Virus record (IMG/VR): IMGVR_UViG_3300034374_009547
Reading direction: 5' to 3' (one strand)
DNA length: 64,000 nt
Source of the DNA: a virus
Lineage: Duplodnaviria > Caudoviricetes
The notes under the pieces are model-generated. The model had not been told where the DNA came from and did no database searches. It saw only the letters and a list, made by a program, of their open reading frames with translations. This document shows, piece after piece, positions 31,301-42,200 of this stretch. The stretch's first letter is position 1. Every line of letters begins with the position of its first letter. The translations under genes and the position numbers were made by a program.

Positions 31301-34300
31301 CGCAATAGTATATGAAGTATTTCCATTGACACTCATAACTGCAAGTTTGTTGCCAAAGAAATCTACTTTTACACCAAACTCTTCATTTTTCTCACCATCA
31401 GGAGAAAATAACTCTTGATCCAATACAAATTCTGTGTTATTATATTTGTAGACATATACTTTACCATTATTAATACCGGTGTCGTCTGCTTTAATTGCTC
31501 CTATTGCAACTTTTGATCCGTCATCACTAATTGCAATACTTGCTCCAAATAAAATATCATCTAACGGTGCATCTAAGTTTTGTGACCAAACAAATCTATT
31601 ATTAGCATATCTATAAACACTTACACGATATTCTGTAGCAGCAGTAATGTATCCGCCGATTACTAAAACATCTCCGTTTCTACTTACATCAAAATTTCTA
31701 CCAACAGCAGTTGCTAAATCAAACTCACTACTATCTTCATCTAATAAGTCTCCGTCGCCTGCACTAGGAATGTATCCTAAATAATCTATTCCTGCGCTAA
31801 GTAAAGTCCATTGACTAGAATTAAACGGATCACCTGCTAATACCGTTGTGTTTGCTTGATACAAATCACCATCATAATATACAATTTCATTTTCTATATA
31901 TTTTGATATGGTTAACCATTCACCTTTGTAGTTTTTATCTTTTGTGAATTTAATTTTATTATAATCATCTTCTTTGTTTTCTGTAAAATAAACTCTACCA
32001 TTGTCTGTAGCACTACGAATAAAAGTTCTGTATCTAAAATCACTAATATTTTTTGACTTTAATGCAAGACCAAATTTTTCATCTGCAACAGGTTCAGGTG
32101 AAACAAATCTTTCTAATAAGTTAAAACTATTGTTTGTATCTTTTTTATAAACACTTACATATCCCATATTATTGTAAGGAATAGTATAACCTTCTGCATC
32201 AATGTTAATAACATCAACTTCTTCCCAATCTTGACTTAAAAGATTGATTGTGCTACTTTCTGGAATAATGTCTACTTTGGCTCTCCAAAGAGTACCTTTT
32301 TGACTTACTATGTCTCCTGTTTCATATGCACCAGCTGGATCTAATACGCCGCGATATCTTGTTGCAACATTTGATGCATCAGGAGAGCCTACAAACAAAT
32401 AATTTGAATCTGGTGATATAGAAACACTAGTACCAAATTTACCTAAAGGATCAAATAATAATTTTGCCATATCTCCTCTAGTAGTATGTACTAAAGGATT
32501 GTAAACATATGCACCAAATCCAGTTCCGTCTACAGAAGATGTTAATGCCCCATCATTATACAAATTAAGTGTAGTATCGTCAACAACTTCTATGTAATAG
32601 TTGTTGTCGTTAATATCAGTCATACCTGGTACATTTGTAAATCTTACTCTTCTACCGTCAACTAAATTATGATTTTCCGATGTAGTAATTACAACAGGAT
32701 TAGTTTGAGTAGCATTTGTAATTTCTATAGAAATTTGATCTACTGGAGATAGAGTTTGTATTAGTACAAAATCAGACGCTTCGCTAAGTCTTGCATAAAT
32801 GTAAACTTCGCCATCTTCGTATTCAGGTGCGCCAACAGCCATTATTGTATTATTATCGCTTACTGCAATAACGCTACCAAAACCAGTATCTCCTGTTCTA
32901 GGGTTTAGTAACTCTTTTTTGAATTCAAAAACAGGTTTGTTATCAAACACTTCAAACTTTCCTGTTCCGTTGTCATCTACCCAAATACGTTCGTTATCTG
33001 TAATATCATATTTTTGCACAATATCATTAATATTTTCAGATGTTGTAACACGTCTTGAATTCATTTGTGTAACAATACCTAATGTGCTATCTGACAAGTC
33101 TATAAACTCATCTGATATAGGTGTATCAAGATATATTTCCATTTTGTTATATGTAATATTTCTTGCTAACCAAAAACCGTTTATTTCATCGTTTATGTTG
33201 TTAAAACCTACAATTTCGCCATCTGCAAATGGAACAGGTTTATCAAATTGTGCTTCAAACCCGTTGGCTGTTTGTGTAATAGACAAAATTCTAATAGGAG
33301 ATTGAATATGCTTGTATACATTCCATGTCTGGTTATTTTCTGGAACCCATACATAATCTCCTATGTCAACTGAATCAACATCTAATGCTAAAATGTCTAC
33401 AAAAGTTTTTGCAATAAAATCAATTTGATCTAATTTTACATAACCACCAGTTTTGCTATATTCTTCTTCTCTGTAAATAACAGGAAATGGTTCGTTATTA
33501 TACTCTGTTGTAGAAAGATATATGTCTTTCTTAGGATACTGGTAAACTAAATCTGTTCTAGTATTATTAACACTTTGTACTAATTCAATAGTTTGAGGTT
33601 CTATTCTAAATTTGCTTTCATCAAGTTGGAATTCAACTTCTTCATAACTGCTAGTAGCACCGTATTGTCCGACACGAATTGCCCATTCTTCAAAGAACTC
33701 TAAACTATCTTTATCAGCACTGCCTAGTTTATCAAATAATTTAGTTAATGCATTATTTGTGCCTTTGTCTTGAATAAAACCTTGATAGAATTTATACTGA
33801 CTAACATCATCTTGAATAATGTTTTGTAAATAATCTCTTTTTTGGTACCCAATCAAATGCTGTGCAAGTCTTTGTTGTTCGCTATCAAAATTATCTGTAT
33901 CTAAATCGTAAAAATCTGTAAACTGATTCGCTTTATAATCCCAGTTAGGCGTTAAGGATTTTTGAGGACGTTCAGGTAAACGTTGCCATAAACTATAATT
34001 AAATTCTTCAGTACCGCTGTGCTTTACATTTGCAGAATAATAAAATTCTTTAAATTTAACTAAATCTCCAATTTGGTAATCTTTCCAACTTTTCCATTCT
34101 GTAACTTTAGAATCATCATACGTAAATCCAGGAATGTTTAAGCTACCGTTCCATCCGTCTGTTCTATAACCTACAACTTTTAAACGTTCTTGTCTATAAC
34201 CAGTTTCAGGATCATATATTGTATCATTGAAAACCGTTTTGTTATCTAAAATAACAACATGCTCTTTTTGAATTAAATTTAATTTACAGAAATAGATACC

Positions 34301-37300
34301 TTCATTATCAGATTTTAAACTAAACAAATTTGTTTTGTCTCTAGCAATATTAGACTTTGCATTTTTAATAGGTTTTTTTGATTCGTTTAAAACTGCTCCA
34401 GTAATAGAATCAAAAATATTATCTACAACAAAATATTCACTACTAAACAATAATCTATTAGCACCTGGACTTAATGTTATAACACTATTTTCTGACCAGT
34501 TTTGTGTGGTCCAGAATAAAAATTCTTTAGCACTTAAACTCCAATTTTCTATAGCATTAATTGAAGAATTATAATAATCAAAAACAAATCCTTGGTTTTG
34601 TAATTGTTTACCATATCCAATGATAAAATCAACTACTTCTTGCACACTCGGTAAAATTGTTCCATAGTCTAAAACGCTTACTTGACTTTCAAAGTTTTTA
34701 CGTAATGTTGCAGTTACACCGCCGACAATAGGTAAACTTGATAATAAAGAAAATTTAGAACTATCAAAATCATTTGTACTAGTGTGTGTTTGATTAACTC
34801 TATAGTATTTGTCTTGGTATTGAACTATTTTTCCAGCAACATAAATTTTGTTTTCTGCCCAAGGAATAAAACTTTCACTTATACCGCCAACACTAAAATT
34901 AGGATCATTGGCTGTTGTTCTATGTGCAAAATATTTGAATGTTGGATTTTGATCATCAAATCCATTAATTTTATATCCGCCGCTAACTCTTTCAATTATT
35001 ATACCACTATAAGTTACAACATCTAACACACTGCTTTTACGTAAACTAATATCATAATTTTCAAAAGGAACAAATACATTTCCTTTATTCAACGGTGTTT
35101 TGCTGTCCAACACAAGTTTTAATTTATTTTTATCTGCAAATCCTGCAAGTTTAAATGCAATTTTATTATCAAATGTTTGTATGTTGGTAATGTATTGACT
35201 ATAATCAGCATCAACGTTTGTGTTGCTATATTCAGTAATCCAATTTACAAATCCACCAGTTATGCAATATCCATCATCTAATTCTTGTTGAGGAAATTTA
35301 ATATCTTGTAATCTTATTGTTTTGTTAGTATCTGCATAAATTAAATCGCCAGACAAATCTCTAGTGATTCTGCTTCTGTCAAAACCAACACCGATTACAT
35401 GAGAAGGTTTTAAAACGATAGCTGCTACCATTAAACTAAACGGATATCCGCTACTACGTCTCCATGCTGTTTCAGTAGGACCATGATCACCAAATTTGAA
35501 AGGTAAAAAATTAGATGTTGTATAACTGAAAGATCTTGAATATCCAGACTCAACAGGGGAAACAACTTGCCCATTGCTATTTACAGGCAAATGCTTTAAC
35601 AAATTTGGACGAACATATTTTGGGTTTATTCTAACAGGTTTATTAGGTTCTCTAATTATACCTTTTGACAAGTCGTTCCATAAAACTAAGTTGTCTGAAG
35701 TATACGGCGCAGGACCATACTGCGCTTCCCACCATGAAGGTTTTATACTAAAACCAATCATTTGCCAAGGTGTTAGGTGCGGAGTATCTGTATCATACGC
35801 AAACTTGTATACTCCTCTCCAAAATCCTGGTAGTTGAACATTACTAGGACTTGTACTTAATCTATAATTGTAAGTAAAAGGAGAACCAAATGTTACAAAA
35901 TCATTATTAGTATAATCTTTTACTTTTGCAATTTTATTCCAATCAAGAAAATCTTTAATCATGATTGCATCTATTTGCCTATTTGTAATTTTAGTATTTC
36001 TATTTTGTCCACCTATAATATCATGAATGTCAAAGATACTAGTGTCATAGGCAACTTTTAAATTGTTGAAAATACGCTTTTCTAATTCTAAAAGTAATTC
36101 ATCTCTGTAATCGTTAAATGCAACGGTTAAACTACCATCATGTCCTTGTATTACTTGAGTAGGTGTGCTATAAGATGTATCTAAAAACTTTTTTGGTTCA
36201 AATGCAGGATACATTCCAATTTTAGTCGGAGTAGGAGGTACAAAGCTACCTTCTGTATTAGCGTATTCAAAAATTTCAATTTCGTCACCATTTGATAAAG
36301 TTGATGTAATTTTTACAAATCCATTTTCATCAAATTCATAATCAATACCGTGAGTTAATTGAATGTTATTAACATAAACGTTTACAGCTTTGTTGCTAAT
36401 TTTTGTTTTATCAAAAAGTTCTGATAATGCATAATACTGATTTCTAAAATCTAAAACTTCATAGGAAAGTTTTTTAGAACCGCCAACACCTAACATGTCT
36501 GAGCTGTAAAAAGGCATACGTTTATTTTTTTCAGAGTTTATAGAATAAAATATTTGATCTACTTGTTCTTTTACATTTCCTGTAAAACTATTTTCTTTTG
36601 CCACTTGTAAAAATAATCTTTTGAACTTTGTATATTCATTTAATGCAAATCTTGCTGCATTTACAATGTTATTTTCTTTTGATACTAAATGATATAGTGC
36701 TAAATTAAACGGACCTGAATGTTTTACAAATTTTCTTCCAAATGGAATAATGTCTCCGAGATCTCTTAAATTATTTTCACCAGGATGAATACCAGAAAAA
36801 TTAGATAGCTCTTGTACTAAACCTTCTACGTGATCGTTTACTTGACCTAATGTAAATTCTATTATATTATTGTTTAATGGATTTCTTTCAAAGTTATGAG
36901 GTATTTCATAATATCCATTTTCATTTTTGTTTGCACTACTATATGTTTTAACAATTACAATGTCTGTAAATTCTATATTTTTATTAAGAACAATTTTACG
37001 AACATTATTTTCATTTATAAATGCATAATCAACACCAGCAATTTTATAATCGTTATTAACAAATACTCGCACATCAATATCAGTTAAATTTGCACTATTT
37101 GTGTAAACATCAATAGGAAAATTATTAGTAAATTCTTCGCCGGTGTATTTTCTTACAACATATTGTCTACTTTTTCTATTGGCTTTTTTCCATGCATTTA
37201 CTAATGTAGTTCCATTATCAGTTTTCTTTAAAAATAATGTATCGCTAGAAATAGTGCCAGTAGTGTTATCAATTTTTTCATAGCTATAAGTTTTATTCAA

Positions 37301-39232
37301 CATAGAAAAATCAAATACAATATCACCAATATTAACAAAGTTTTGATAAGTTAATGGAAATCCTAATTCTGTATCGTTAGTTCCTTCTCCAACTCTGTAA
37401 TTAAAAATTCTATTTCCAGTAAAATCATTATTCAAATAATAGTTTGTATCACTTATACTATATCCGTCTTTGTCAAATAAATCAAATAAAGGTGCTTGAT
37501 TAACACCTGATTTATCTTGTGCTAATTTCCACTCAGTTCCGTTGTACCAAAAACTTTTGCCGCCGTTTTTGTTACCTTGGCTTGCAAGTATTGTTTGATC
37601 TAAAATAGGATCGGTATCATCAGTTTCAATTAATGCAATTTGTTTTACATTGTTATGTGTAATAAATTTAACTTGGAAAATTTTTCCGTTTACAAGATAA
37701 TCTTGATCTGCTGTAAACAAAACACGCATGCCTTCCGCTAAATCTATTCCATCAACATTATATCCTACACTGCCTTCGATTGTAGACATTACATCTTTTG
37801 TAAAATTGTCAACAAGATTTACGTTTTGTTTAAATGTAGTGCCGTGATTGTATAAACGTAAATTTGGCTCAAATTCAATAATTGGACGTTTTGCTCTTGA
37901 ACTTTGATCTAATTCTAAAAGTTGATTATTAATCTCAGCACTTTTAACAATTACATCTCTATGGAACCATTTGTTATATCTAGCCCATGCATTTTTACTA
38001 TTATCTCTTCTAGAAATCACAAAGTAATCTTTTGTTCCAGCAAATGTTGTTGCATCACTAAAAGGTACTCTATCAAAACCATTAGTATCAAACGGAACGA
38101 AAGTGTTGGTTGTAAATGTAGCAGGAACTTCTAAACTATCAACCGAAATAAGTTGAATTTTTGATCCTACTCCTTCTACATAAAACAAACCGTTAGCATA
38201 TTCAGCAGGCGTAACTTCGCCTGTAAAATACACTTTCATTCCATTGCTAAATTCCCACCCTGATTCTGTAGTATAAGTTTTTTTACCAATAATTTCTTCT
38301 TCAACATTTATTTCAGTATTTTCCTCAATGTCGAATATGTTAAAAACACCACTTGTGTTAATATCGTTTTGACTGATGTAATATAAAGTGTCTGGTGCAT
38401 TAGTCGGAATAGTAAATTCTAATACTCCATTTTCAACAAAACCTTCTTTAATATAGTCATCTTTGTCAATTACAGGATTATCAGTTTCATTATGTGTAAT
38501 GGTTACACCGTCTGTAAAAGGATTAATTATTAAAGCACTATCTTCAAATACACCACTTTGATATGCACGTGATAAAGCAATACCAAAAGGATTTCCTGGT
38601 GCGTTTACTTCAAATCTATAAGTTTGTCCTCTAAACAATTTTATAGATTTATTACGTGTCAGCCCATCTGGTGTAATTAAAAATGCAGTATTGTCATCAT
38701 CAACTACCGTTTCAACTACATAAGTGCTAGTTACTTCTTTGCTTTGTCCTCTTACAGGAACTTCTTGAGGCCCATTTGGCAGCCAATAATATTCACGGAA
38801 ATTTGTAAATTTATCAAAATCAATGTGAGGATCCCAAGCATAAAATTCTTGTTCAAAAAGGTTGTTATGATTGTCAATAGTACCATTAAATGATTTTAAT
38901 GTGCCTAACATATCAAGGTAGTCAGCATCAAAATTTACATTTCCTAAAATATCAGTTACAACACCAAAAGTTTCTAATTGATAATCTTCTCTATTTTTTG
39001 TAATGTCTGCAACATATTGATCATTAATATTTGCAGCTTTAGCTTCTCTACGTCCAACAAAACCGTTGATCTTTTCTACTACACCAGGATTAGTAAATTG
39101 ATCAAGTGTAGCACTTAAAAACTTTTTGTTTTGATCAGTCCTAAAATATCTCGGTAGCAAAGCATCGTTGTTTCTTTGCTCGTTGCTATTTTGTGGAATA
39201 GGATATTCGTTTTGATTATCGTTGTAAGCCAT
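25319..39232 (-). CDS. Giant (4637 aa) multidomain structural protein, probably a baseplate wedge (gp7-like position)
   Basis: Uninterrupted 13.9-kb ORF directly after the gp6-like gene; FG-GAP-like repeats, an ITNATQTNPVVIT module and repeated F...F..VYVNN..L beta modules. Confidence 0.75.
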   Translation of the reverse strand: MAYNDNQNEYPIPQNSNEQRNNDALLPRYFRTDQNKKFLSATLDQFTNPGVVEKINGFVGRREAKAANINDQYVADITKNREDYQLETFGVVTDILGNVNFDADYLDMLGTLKSFNGTIDNHNNLFEQEFYAWDPHIDFDKFTNFREYYWLPNGPQEVPVRGQSKEVTSTYVVETVVDDDNTAFLITPDGLTRNKSIKLFRGQTYRFEVNAPGNPFGIALSRAYQSGVFEDSALIINPFTDGVTITHNETDNPVIDKDDYIKEGFVENGVLEFTIPTNAPDTLYYISQNDINTSGVFNIFDIEENTEINVEEEIIGKKTYTTESGWEFSNGMKVYFTGEVTPAEYANGLFYVEGVGSKIQLISVDSLEVPATFTTNTFVPFDTNGFDRVPFSDATTFAGTKDYFVISRRDNSKNAWARYNKWFHRDVIVKSAEINNQLLELDQSSRAKRPIIEFEPNLRLYNHGTTFKQNVNLVDNFTKDVMSTIEGSVGYNVDGIDLAEGMRVLFTADQDYLVNGKIFQVKFITHNNVKQIALIETDDTDPILDQTILASQGNKNGGKSFWYNGTEWKLAQDKSGVNQAPLFDLFDKDGYSISDTNYYLNNDFTGNRIFNYRVGEGTNDTELGFPLTYQNFVNIGDIVFDFSMLNKTYSYEKIDNTTGTISSDTLFLKKTDNGTTLVNAWKKANRKSRQYVVRKYTGEEFTNNFPIDVYTNSANLTDIDVRVFVNNDYKIAGVDYAFINENNVRKIVLNKNIEFTDIVIVKTYSSANKNENGYYEIPHNFERNPLNNNIIEFTLGQVNDHVEGLVQELSNFSGIHPGENNLRDLGDIIPFGRKFVKHSGPFNLALYHLVSKENNIVNAARFALNEYTKFKRLFLQVAKENSFTGNVKEQVDQIFYSINSEKNKRMPFYSSDMLGVGGSKKLSYEVLDFRNQYYALSELFDKTKISNKAVNVYVNNIQLTHGIDYEFDENGFVKITSTLSNGDEIEIFEYANTEGSFVPPTPTKIGMYPAFEPKKFLDTSYSTPTQVIQGHDGSLTVAFNDYRDELLLELEKRIFNNLKVAYDTSIFDIHDIIGGQNRNTKITNRQIDAIMIKDFLDWNKIAKVKDYTNNDFVTFGSPFTYNYRLSTSPSNVQLPGFWRGVYKFAYDTDTPHLTPWQMIGFSIKPSWWEAQYGPAPYTSDNLVLWNDLSKGIIREPNKPVRINPKYVRPNLLKHLPVNSNGQVVSPVESGYSRSFSYTTSNFLPFKFGDHGPTETAWRRSSGYPFSLMVAAIVLKPSHVIGVGFDRSRITRDLSGDLIYADTNKTIRLQDIKFPQQELDDGYCITGGFVNWITEYSNTNVDADYSQYITNIQTFDNKIAFKLAGFADKNKLKLVLDSKTPLNKGNVFVPFENYDISLRKSSVLDVVTYSGIIIERVSGGYKINGFDDQNPTFKYFAHRTTANDPNFSVGGISESFIPWAENKIYVAGKIVQYQDKYYRVNQTHTSTNDFDSSKFSLLSSLPIVGGVTATLRKNFESQVSVLDYGTILPSVQEVVDFIIGYGKQLQNQGFVFDYYNSSINAIENWSLSAKEFLFWTTQNWSENSVITLSPGANRLLFSSEYFVVDNIFDSITGAVLNESKKPIKNAKSNIARDKTNLFSLKSDNEGIYFCKLNLIQKEHVVILDNKTVFNDTIYDPETGYRQERLKVVGYRTDGWNGSLNIPGFTYDDSKVTEWKSWKDYQIGDLVKFKEFYYSANVKHSGTEEFNYSLWQRLPERPQKSLTPNWDYKANQFTDFYDLDTDNFDSEQQRLAQHLIGYQKRDYLQNIIQDDVSQYKFYQGFIQDKGTNNALTKLFDKLGSADKDSLEFFEEWAIRVGQYGATSSYEEVEFQLDESKFRIEPQTIELVQSVNNTRTDLVYQYPKKDIYLSTTEYNNEPFPVIYREEEYSKTGGYVKLDQIDFIAKTFVDILALDVDSVDIGDYVWVPENNQTWNVYKHIQSPIRILSITQTANGFEAQFDKPVPFADGEIVGFNNINDEINGFWLARNITYNKMEIYLDTPISDEFIDLSDSTLGIVTQMNSRRVTTSENINDIVQKYDITDNERIWVDDNGTGKFEVFDNKPVFEFKKELLNPRTGDTGFGSVIAVSDNNTIMAVGAPEYEDGEVYIYARLSEASDFVLIQTLSPVDQISIEITNATQTNPVVITTSENHNLVDGRRVRFTNVPGMTDINDNNYYIEVVDDTTLNLYNDGALTSSVDGTGFGAYVYNPLVHTTRGDMAKLLFDPLGKFGTSVSISPDSNYLFVGSPDASNVATRYRGVLDPAGAYETGDIVSQKGTLWRAKVDIIPESSTINLLSQDWEEVDVINIDAEGYTIPYNNMGYVSVYKKDTNNSFNLLERFVSPEPVADEKFGLALKSKNISDFRYRTFIRSATDNGRVYFTENKEDDYNKIKFTKDKNYKGEWLTISKYIENEIVYYDGDLYQANTTVLAGDPFNSSQWTLLSAGIDYLGYIPSAGDGDLLDEDSSEFDLATAVGRNFDVSRNGDVLVIGGYITAATEYRVSVYRYANNRFVWSQNLDAPLDDILFGASIAISDDGSKVAIGAIKADDTGINNGKVYVYKYNNTEFVLDQELFSPDGEKNEEFGVKVDFFGNKLAVMSVNGNTSYTIAFDSNLTYFDNKATELTDVEYDTGQIYVFEPLNNKLVYAEKMRYANNFADARNPFVTFVDNHYYLSAPFAENTTKRGFVTDFRSERGANAWMTNSVGENYVNIDKIRGVYLYDKITSDLITYLDVLDPIQGRIAGPAEQELSYKTYYDPATYNVGLITDSNIWDSTQVGKLWWDLSTVKWFNPYQGNIEYKSNTWNKVIPGFEVDVYEWIQSDLLPSEWDEIADTVEGLANNISGQSKYSDSQYTTTKVYDPVSQTFSNQYFYWVKNKKVTPDVESRKISAQSVSQLISDPAGNGYRFALLLDQNKISLHNVRSLIKDTDTILHVNYNAIEDALDYNIHTEYKLLTEGLASSKPSDNTVRKWVDSLVGYDAQQNQIPSLDVSVGRRYGILDSPLQSMFVNKTEALKQIVERVNNVFSNNLIVDEFDISPLFSIDAAPSKFSGAWDTKVASENLLRFVGTAKITQAKLTPTIVDGVITAVTITNKGRGYIDPNYTTGARKGPVVEIVGTGENAELQTYINEIGQITSVEVVNGGKNYLDTTTLVVRPFSVLVENDSTISGFWSVYSWNSSTRDWFRQYIQSYDVTRYWQYIDWYATGYNATTAIDEVVPGAYALSSLNNRIGSVVKIENIGSGGWLLLEKIDNQAEVDYTVNYKTIGRQNGTIQISQLLYNNQTSGFDNQVYDAVLYDREPINETRIIMYALRDNIFVDQLEVEWNKLFFSSVRYALAEQPSIDWIFKTSLVTAKHNVGELEQKITYQNDNLPNYQDYVNEVKPFSTKVREYISSYEKVDPTRTTITDFDVPPRYDADKGKIITDLVKVINNQIVFYDNEITTYPQKHWLDNAGYEITKFVISNAGNLYTDTANVIVSGGGGPTLTGYARVGGGKITLIDVNTTGAKYYSAPTVEINGSVEEGGSSAKAYAIIGNGVSRRTHMLVKFDRITGNYLFSTLDETQTFTGNGGQTEFSTKWPMSTKKADTKIFVNNEQLLTNDYVVSNTLDTSKGYDRYLGKITFTNAPVDTSTIVVEYKKSTNLLHAVDRINYFYNPKTGMLGKDLSQLMDGIDYGGVQLDSVDFGTDRGFEASPFGLDFDTFDTTFEDEIITLDGSTQVVELANVLESNVQYNVYLNNVRIDDPNFDGSSATANPNAKMVTITGDGISNTVFLDSDYVTTAANDILIVRKSTSDGSFTPETTAYDVSLQGGNFEYTTANGIDAGDIVVDGDGFVTETTSKGPEEQVPGQVLDTMDLQVYNVVNDGQGVISVKTHITDGSTIEYDFVKYPQADTSMIVKLNNYVMDSNDYTIDWETATIRLADSSAWEANALLSILTIGANGKNIIDTDQYIAVDNTTRLVPTNVKFVNDMSGFVTLNGTLQFTTDPANYSLQKDADGFCVIEFPVPLQTGDIVNYTLYEGETNQYSQLLVDQTFVSDGVNRVHRFTTDPMVPLPGVAMPLSHRILVSVDNKFLNPGYKTRHTLTTERAYPIDLWQFEDPTQIRNSDVFAYVNDQKLGPQDYLYDPINGRVQLLSNTVGLAGQVLDIYVVRDAEYYFVDTVVTITNGDAINNYEQGDVVEFATTDDSTTQVATVETFTRNGSEVKIKLQGYLRDLIQIKSLDDTPPVIASSLVDSTQVVISKIECVESDNLTLDQVPAAGSDVNIYVFSNHDINDIRRNTYDVVYYTTHAPVGSDEYIEKNSLSRGYIKLEKTAVSAEYVWVLRNGILQTPNIDYKLTPGLDAVQLMRKPGGTETIEVIQFAAIVSKPKFAYRIFKDMLNRTHYKRISNSNSYELNQPLNYYDNSIVLTDATGIQEPNRSIGLPGVIWVDKERIEYYSVTGNVLRQIRRGTLGTGTPNIIPKGTTVYGQGIEENIPYKDATYTTKYVGDGSTHQFVLDFVTDTINSFDVFVGGRRLRKNSISVFNQTLDQDSPDADETVPAEFSVEVVSVDGTLQTVLTLADIPADGINIQIVRKTGKVWSDTDKSLVDSNNQIANFIKKSTISYPR

Positions 39233-39234
39233 TA

Positions 39235-42200
39235 TTAGCTATTGCCTCCAGTATAATAGGTAGTAGTAACTTCACTTTGTATTCCTGTGTTTAATACTTC
39301 GTCACTTGTAACAACTTTACCTGATGCTTTAAGTCTAGTTGCAGTTAATGCATCAATAATTTCAACATCTTCAACTGCTGCTGCACTTATAAAAATTTCA
39401 TCATTTTCACTTTTTATTTCATATAAGCTACCAAACACTTGTGTTTCGTCTCTTGGAACAAGCACAATATTACTTACATCTGGACTTAGCTGTTTCATAA
39501 TATAAGTTGCTAATTCACTAAAATAAAATGTTTCACCAAAATCCCAATTTTCTAATGCAAAAAATTCATTTATAGCACTAATTGTTCTTGATTTTACGTC
39601 ATTATCATTTACAACTCTGTTTGGATTTTTAACAATTTTAATATCAGCTTGTAAATCAACAGGTGCTTGACTTCCAAACAATGGTTTATATTTTACAGGA
39701 TGATAAACCACTTCGTCACTTACACTTTTAATTTTATTAATTTCAGCACCATAACTTAAATACAATGCATCACTACTTGGCGGTAATGGTTTTACACTAA
39801 CTTGCCCTGACAAATATTTTCTATAATTTTCATCATAATTTTTAGTAAGCAAATAAACATCCATTATGTTACTACTACTTGGATCAATTCGTCTATTTTC
39901 AGCAGCGGCATGAACATAATCAAATCTAATTTTATCTCTACCTACATATGCAACATAATCCACTGAAAGTGTAAGTGCTGTTTTTGTTGAATTAAAGACC
40001 TTGAAAATGTCCTTTGTTTTTATGTAGAATACCGCATCTGCATCATATTGACTATAAGCACCTATACCGCTTTCAGTTTCAACAATAGTAATTTTTGCTT
40101 CGTCTTTGTCAATATAATTAAAATTTTCACTGCCATTTTGAACAACTTTTTTACCAAATACCAATTTTGTTAAAGGCGATGTGTCTGGCTGTACTATATG
40201 CACAAATAAATCAGGATCGTCAATTACTCCGTCGTTGTCTGTATCGATAAAACTTAATTCTAATTTTTTACTATCAACATATCCTGCTTTATTTCTAAAT
40301 GCAGCACTAACTTGCCAAGTCCAATTTTGTGTAAAATTAATTAAACTATCTGGTTGATTATTGTTGCTTAGTACACTAATACTATCAGTAACAATTTTTC
40401 CTGTTTTACTATCATAAATTCTATCTAATCCATCAAAATAAAATCTAATTTGCTCATCGCTTTCAAATACATATCTTGTACCGCGACTTTTAATTGTATA
40501 TTTTTCACCATTAGTTTCAAATAATAATAACCAACTAGAATCTAATTGTTGATTACTTGCATCTCCAGTTTTACTTGTACTAAAATTATCTTTTGTGTTT
40601 AAATTATTTGCAAAAACTACGGCCCATTCTCTACTATTTGTATCATAACGTAAACCAAAGGTTTTGTATGCAAATGTTTGATCGATTATTTCTGTAATTA
40701 CATCATCATTTATTGTAATATTAAGTTTTGGAATAATTTCACCAATGCCGCAACCGTTAGGAATTTTTTCATTAAACACAATCGGTCCTAATCCGTTTTC
40801 GTCTGCACCTGTTCCATCTTCTGTAATAGAAACAACTTTTGCCCAAATATAATTTTTATCGCCAAGCACCGACGGTGTTCCTGTTTTTAAATTATTGTAT
40901 TTGTCAAAATATTGATTTGCGGGAGGTAAAAATTTAATTAAAGAATCTTTTTCTACAAATTTCATTATTCCTGATGTAAATGTTGATACTTGTACTGAAA
41001 TGTCAAACTGATCAATAAATTTGCCAGTACCTCTATTTGTTTCATTTGAAGAAGACGACCATGAGTACCCTAAATCTTGTATACTTTTGTTTCTATCAAA
41101 ATTATCAAAGTAAAAGTTTTTCACATATGTATTTTTGATAATAGGTACTATTTGATTATATATTACACCTTCAATATCAGTTCTATTTGTAAATTCAAAA
41201 CTATCTTTTGAATCTATGTTTTCTTTATATAAACTTCCGTCATCACCAAACATCAATGTGTTACTATATTTTCCAGTAGCATCTTTCAAATCGTAATATC
41301 GACTAATACCGCTACTAGTTCTGTTCACACTTTTTGCTTTAATAATTTGTTGGCTTACACCTAAAGGACCAACATTATAATCTTCTGCTGTAATTAATCT
41401 ATTTTGAGTGTAATAATTACTAGGAGCATTTATTTTAATGCTTTCGTTTGACTCTTCTGCATCTGCATTTTCAACAACTGATTTTAATTCTAAAATAATG
41501 TTTAAAGTTTCTTGTGTACCGTTTTTACTTACATATGGAATTTGCAAATTAATACCAATTAAATCACTTGGTAAAATTTTGTAACTTTCGTTTTCACTTT
41601 GACGATAGTATGCTTTAAATTTTCCTTTTGGTAATTCTCCAAACGTGCCATCACTAAAAATTAAACTAATACGATTGTTAACTCTACTTAAAACACTATA
41701 GATTGAACGTATACCTTTTGATATACTATTGTATATAATATTATTGCCTTCGGTATTTGAAACTTTATTCCAAAGGTCTGATTCTGTTTCGTTACTATCT
41801 AATTTGTAAAGCCAAATATCATCATTGTTAATATTATCAGCATCAATATTAATAATTGTGTTAGGTGTTGAATTACTTACAGCAAAAGTTGTATTATTTA
41901 AGGTACCTTGTCTAAAATGAACAAAGAAACCACTATTTGAGCTGCCTGCACCTTGTCCGTTGTCACGATATAAAAATCCTAATCTATTACCAGGATAGGG
42001 TGCTTCTTCAACAATACTAGATGTATCGTTATCAATACCTGTGCTAACAATTTCAAATCTTTTTGTTGTTCCGCTTACTAACTTACTAAAGCTGTATACT
42101 GGAACATCGGTATTATTACTATTAAATCTGTATTGTTCTGTACTAACACCATCAATTTGCATTTTACTAACTGGTCTACCAAAAACATTATTAGCAGGTA

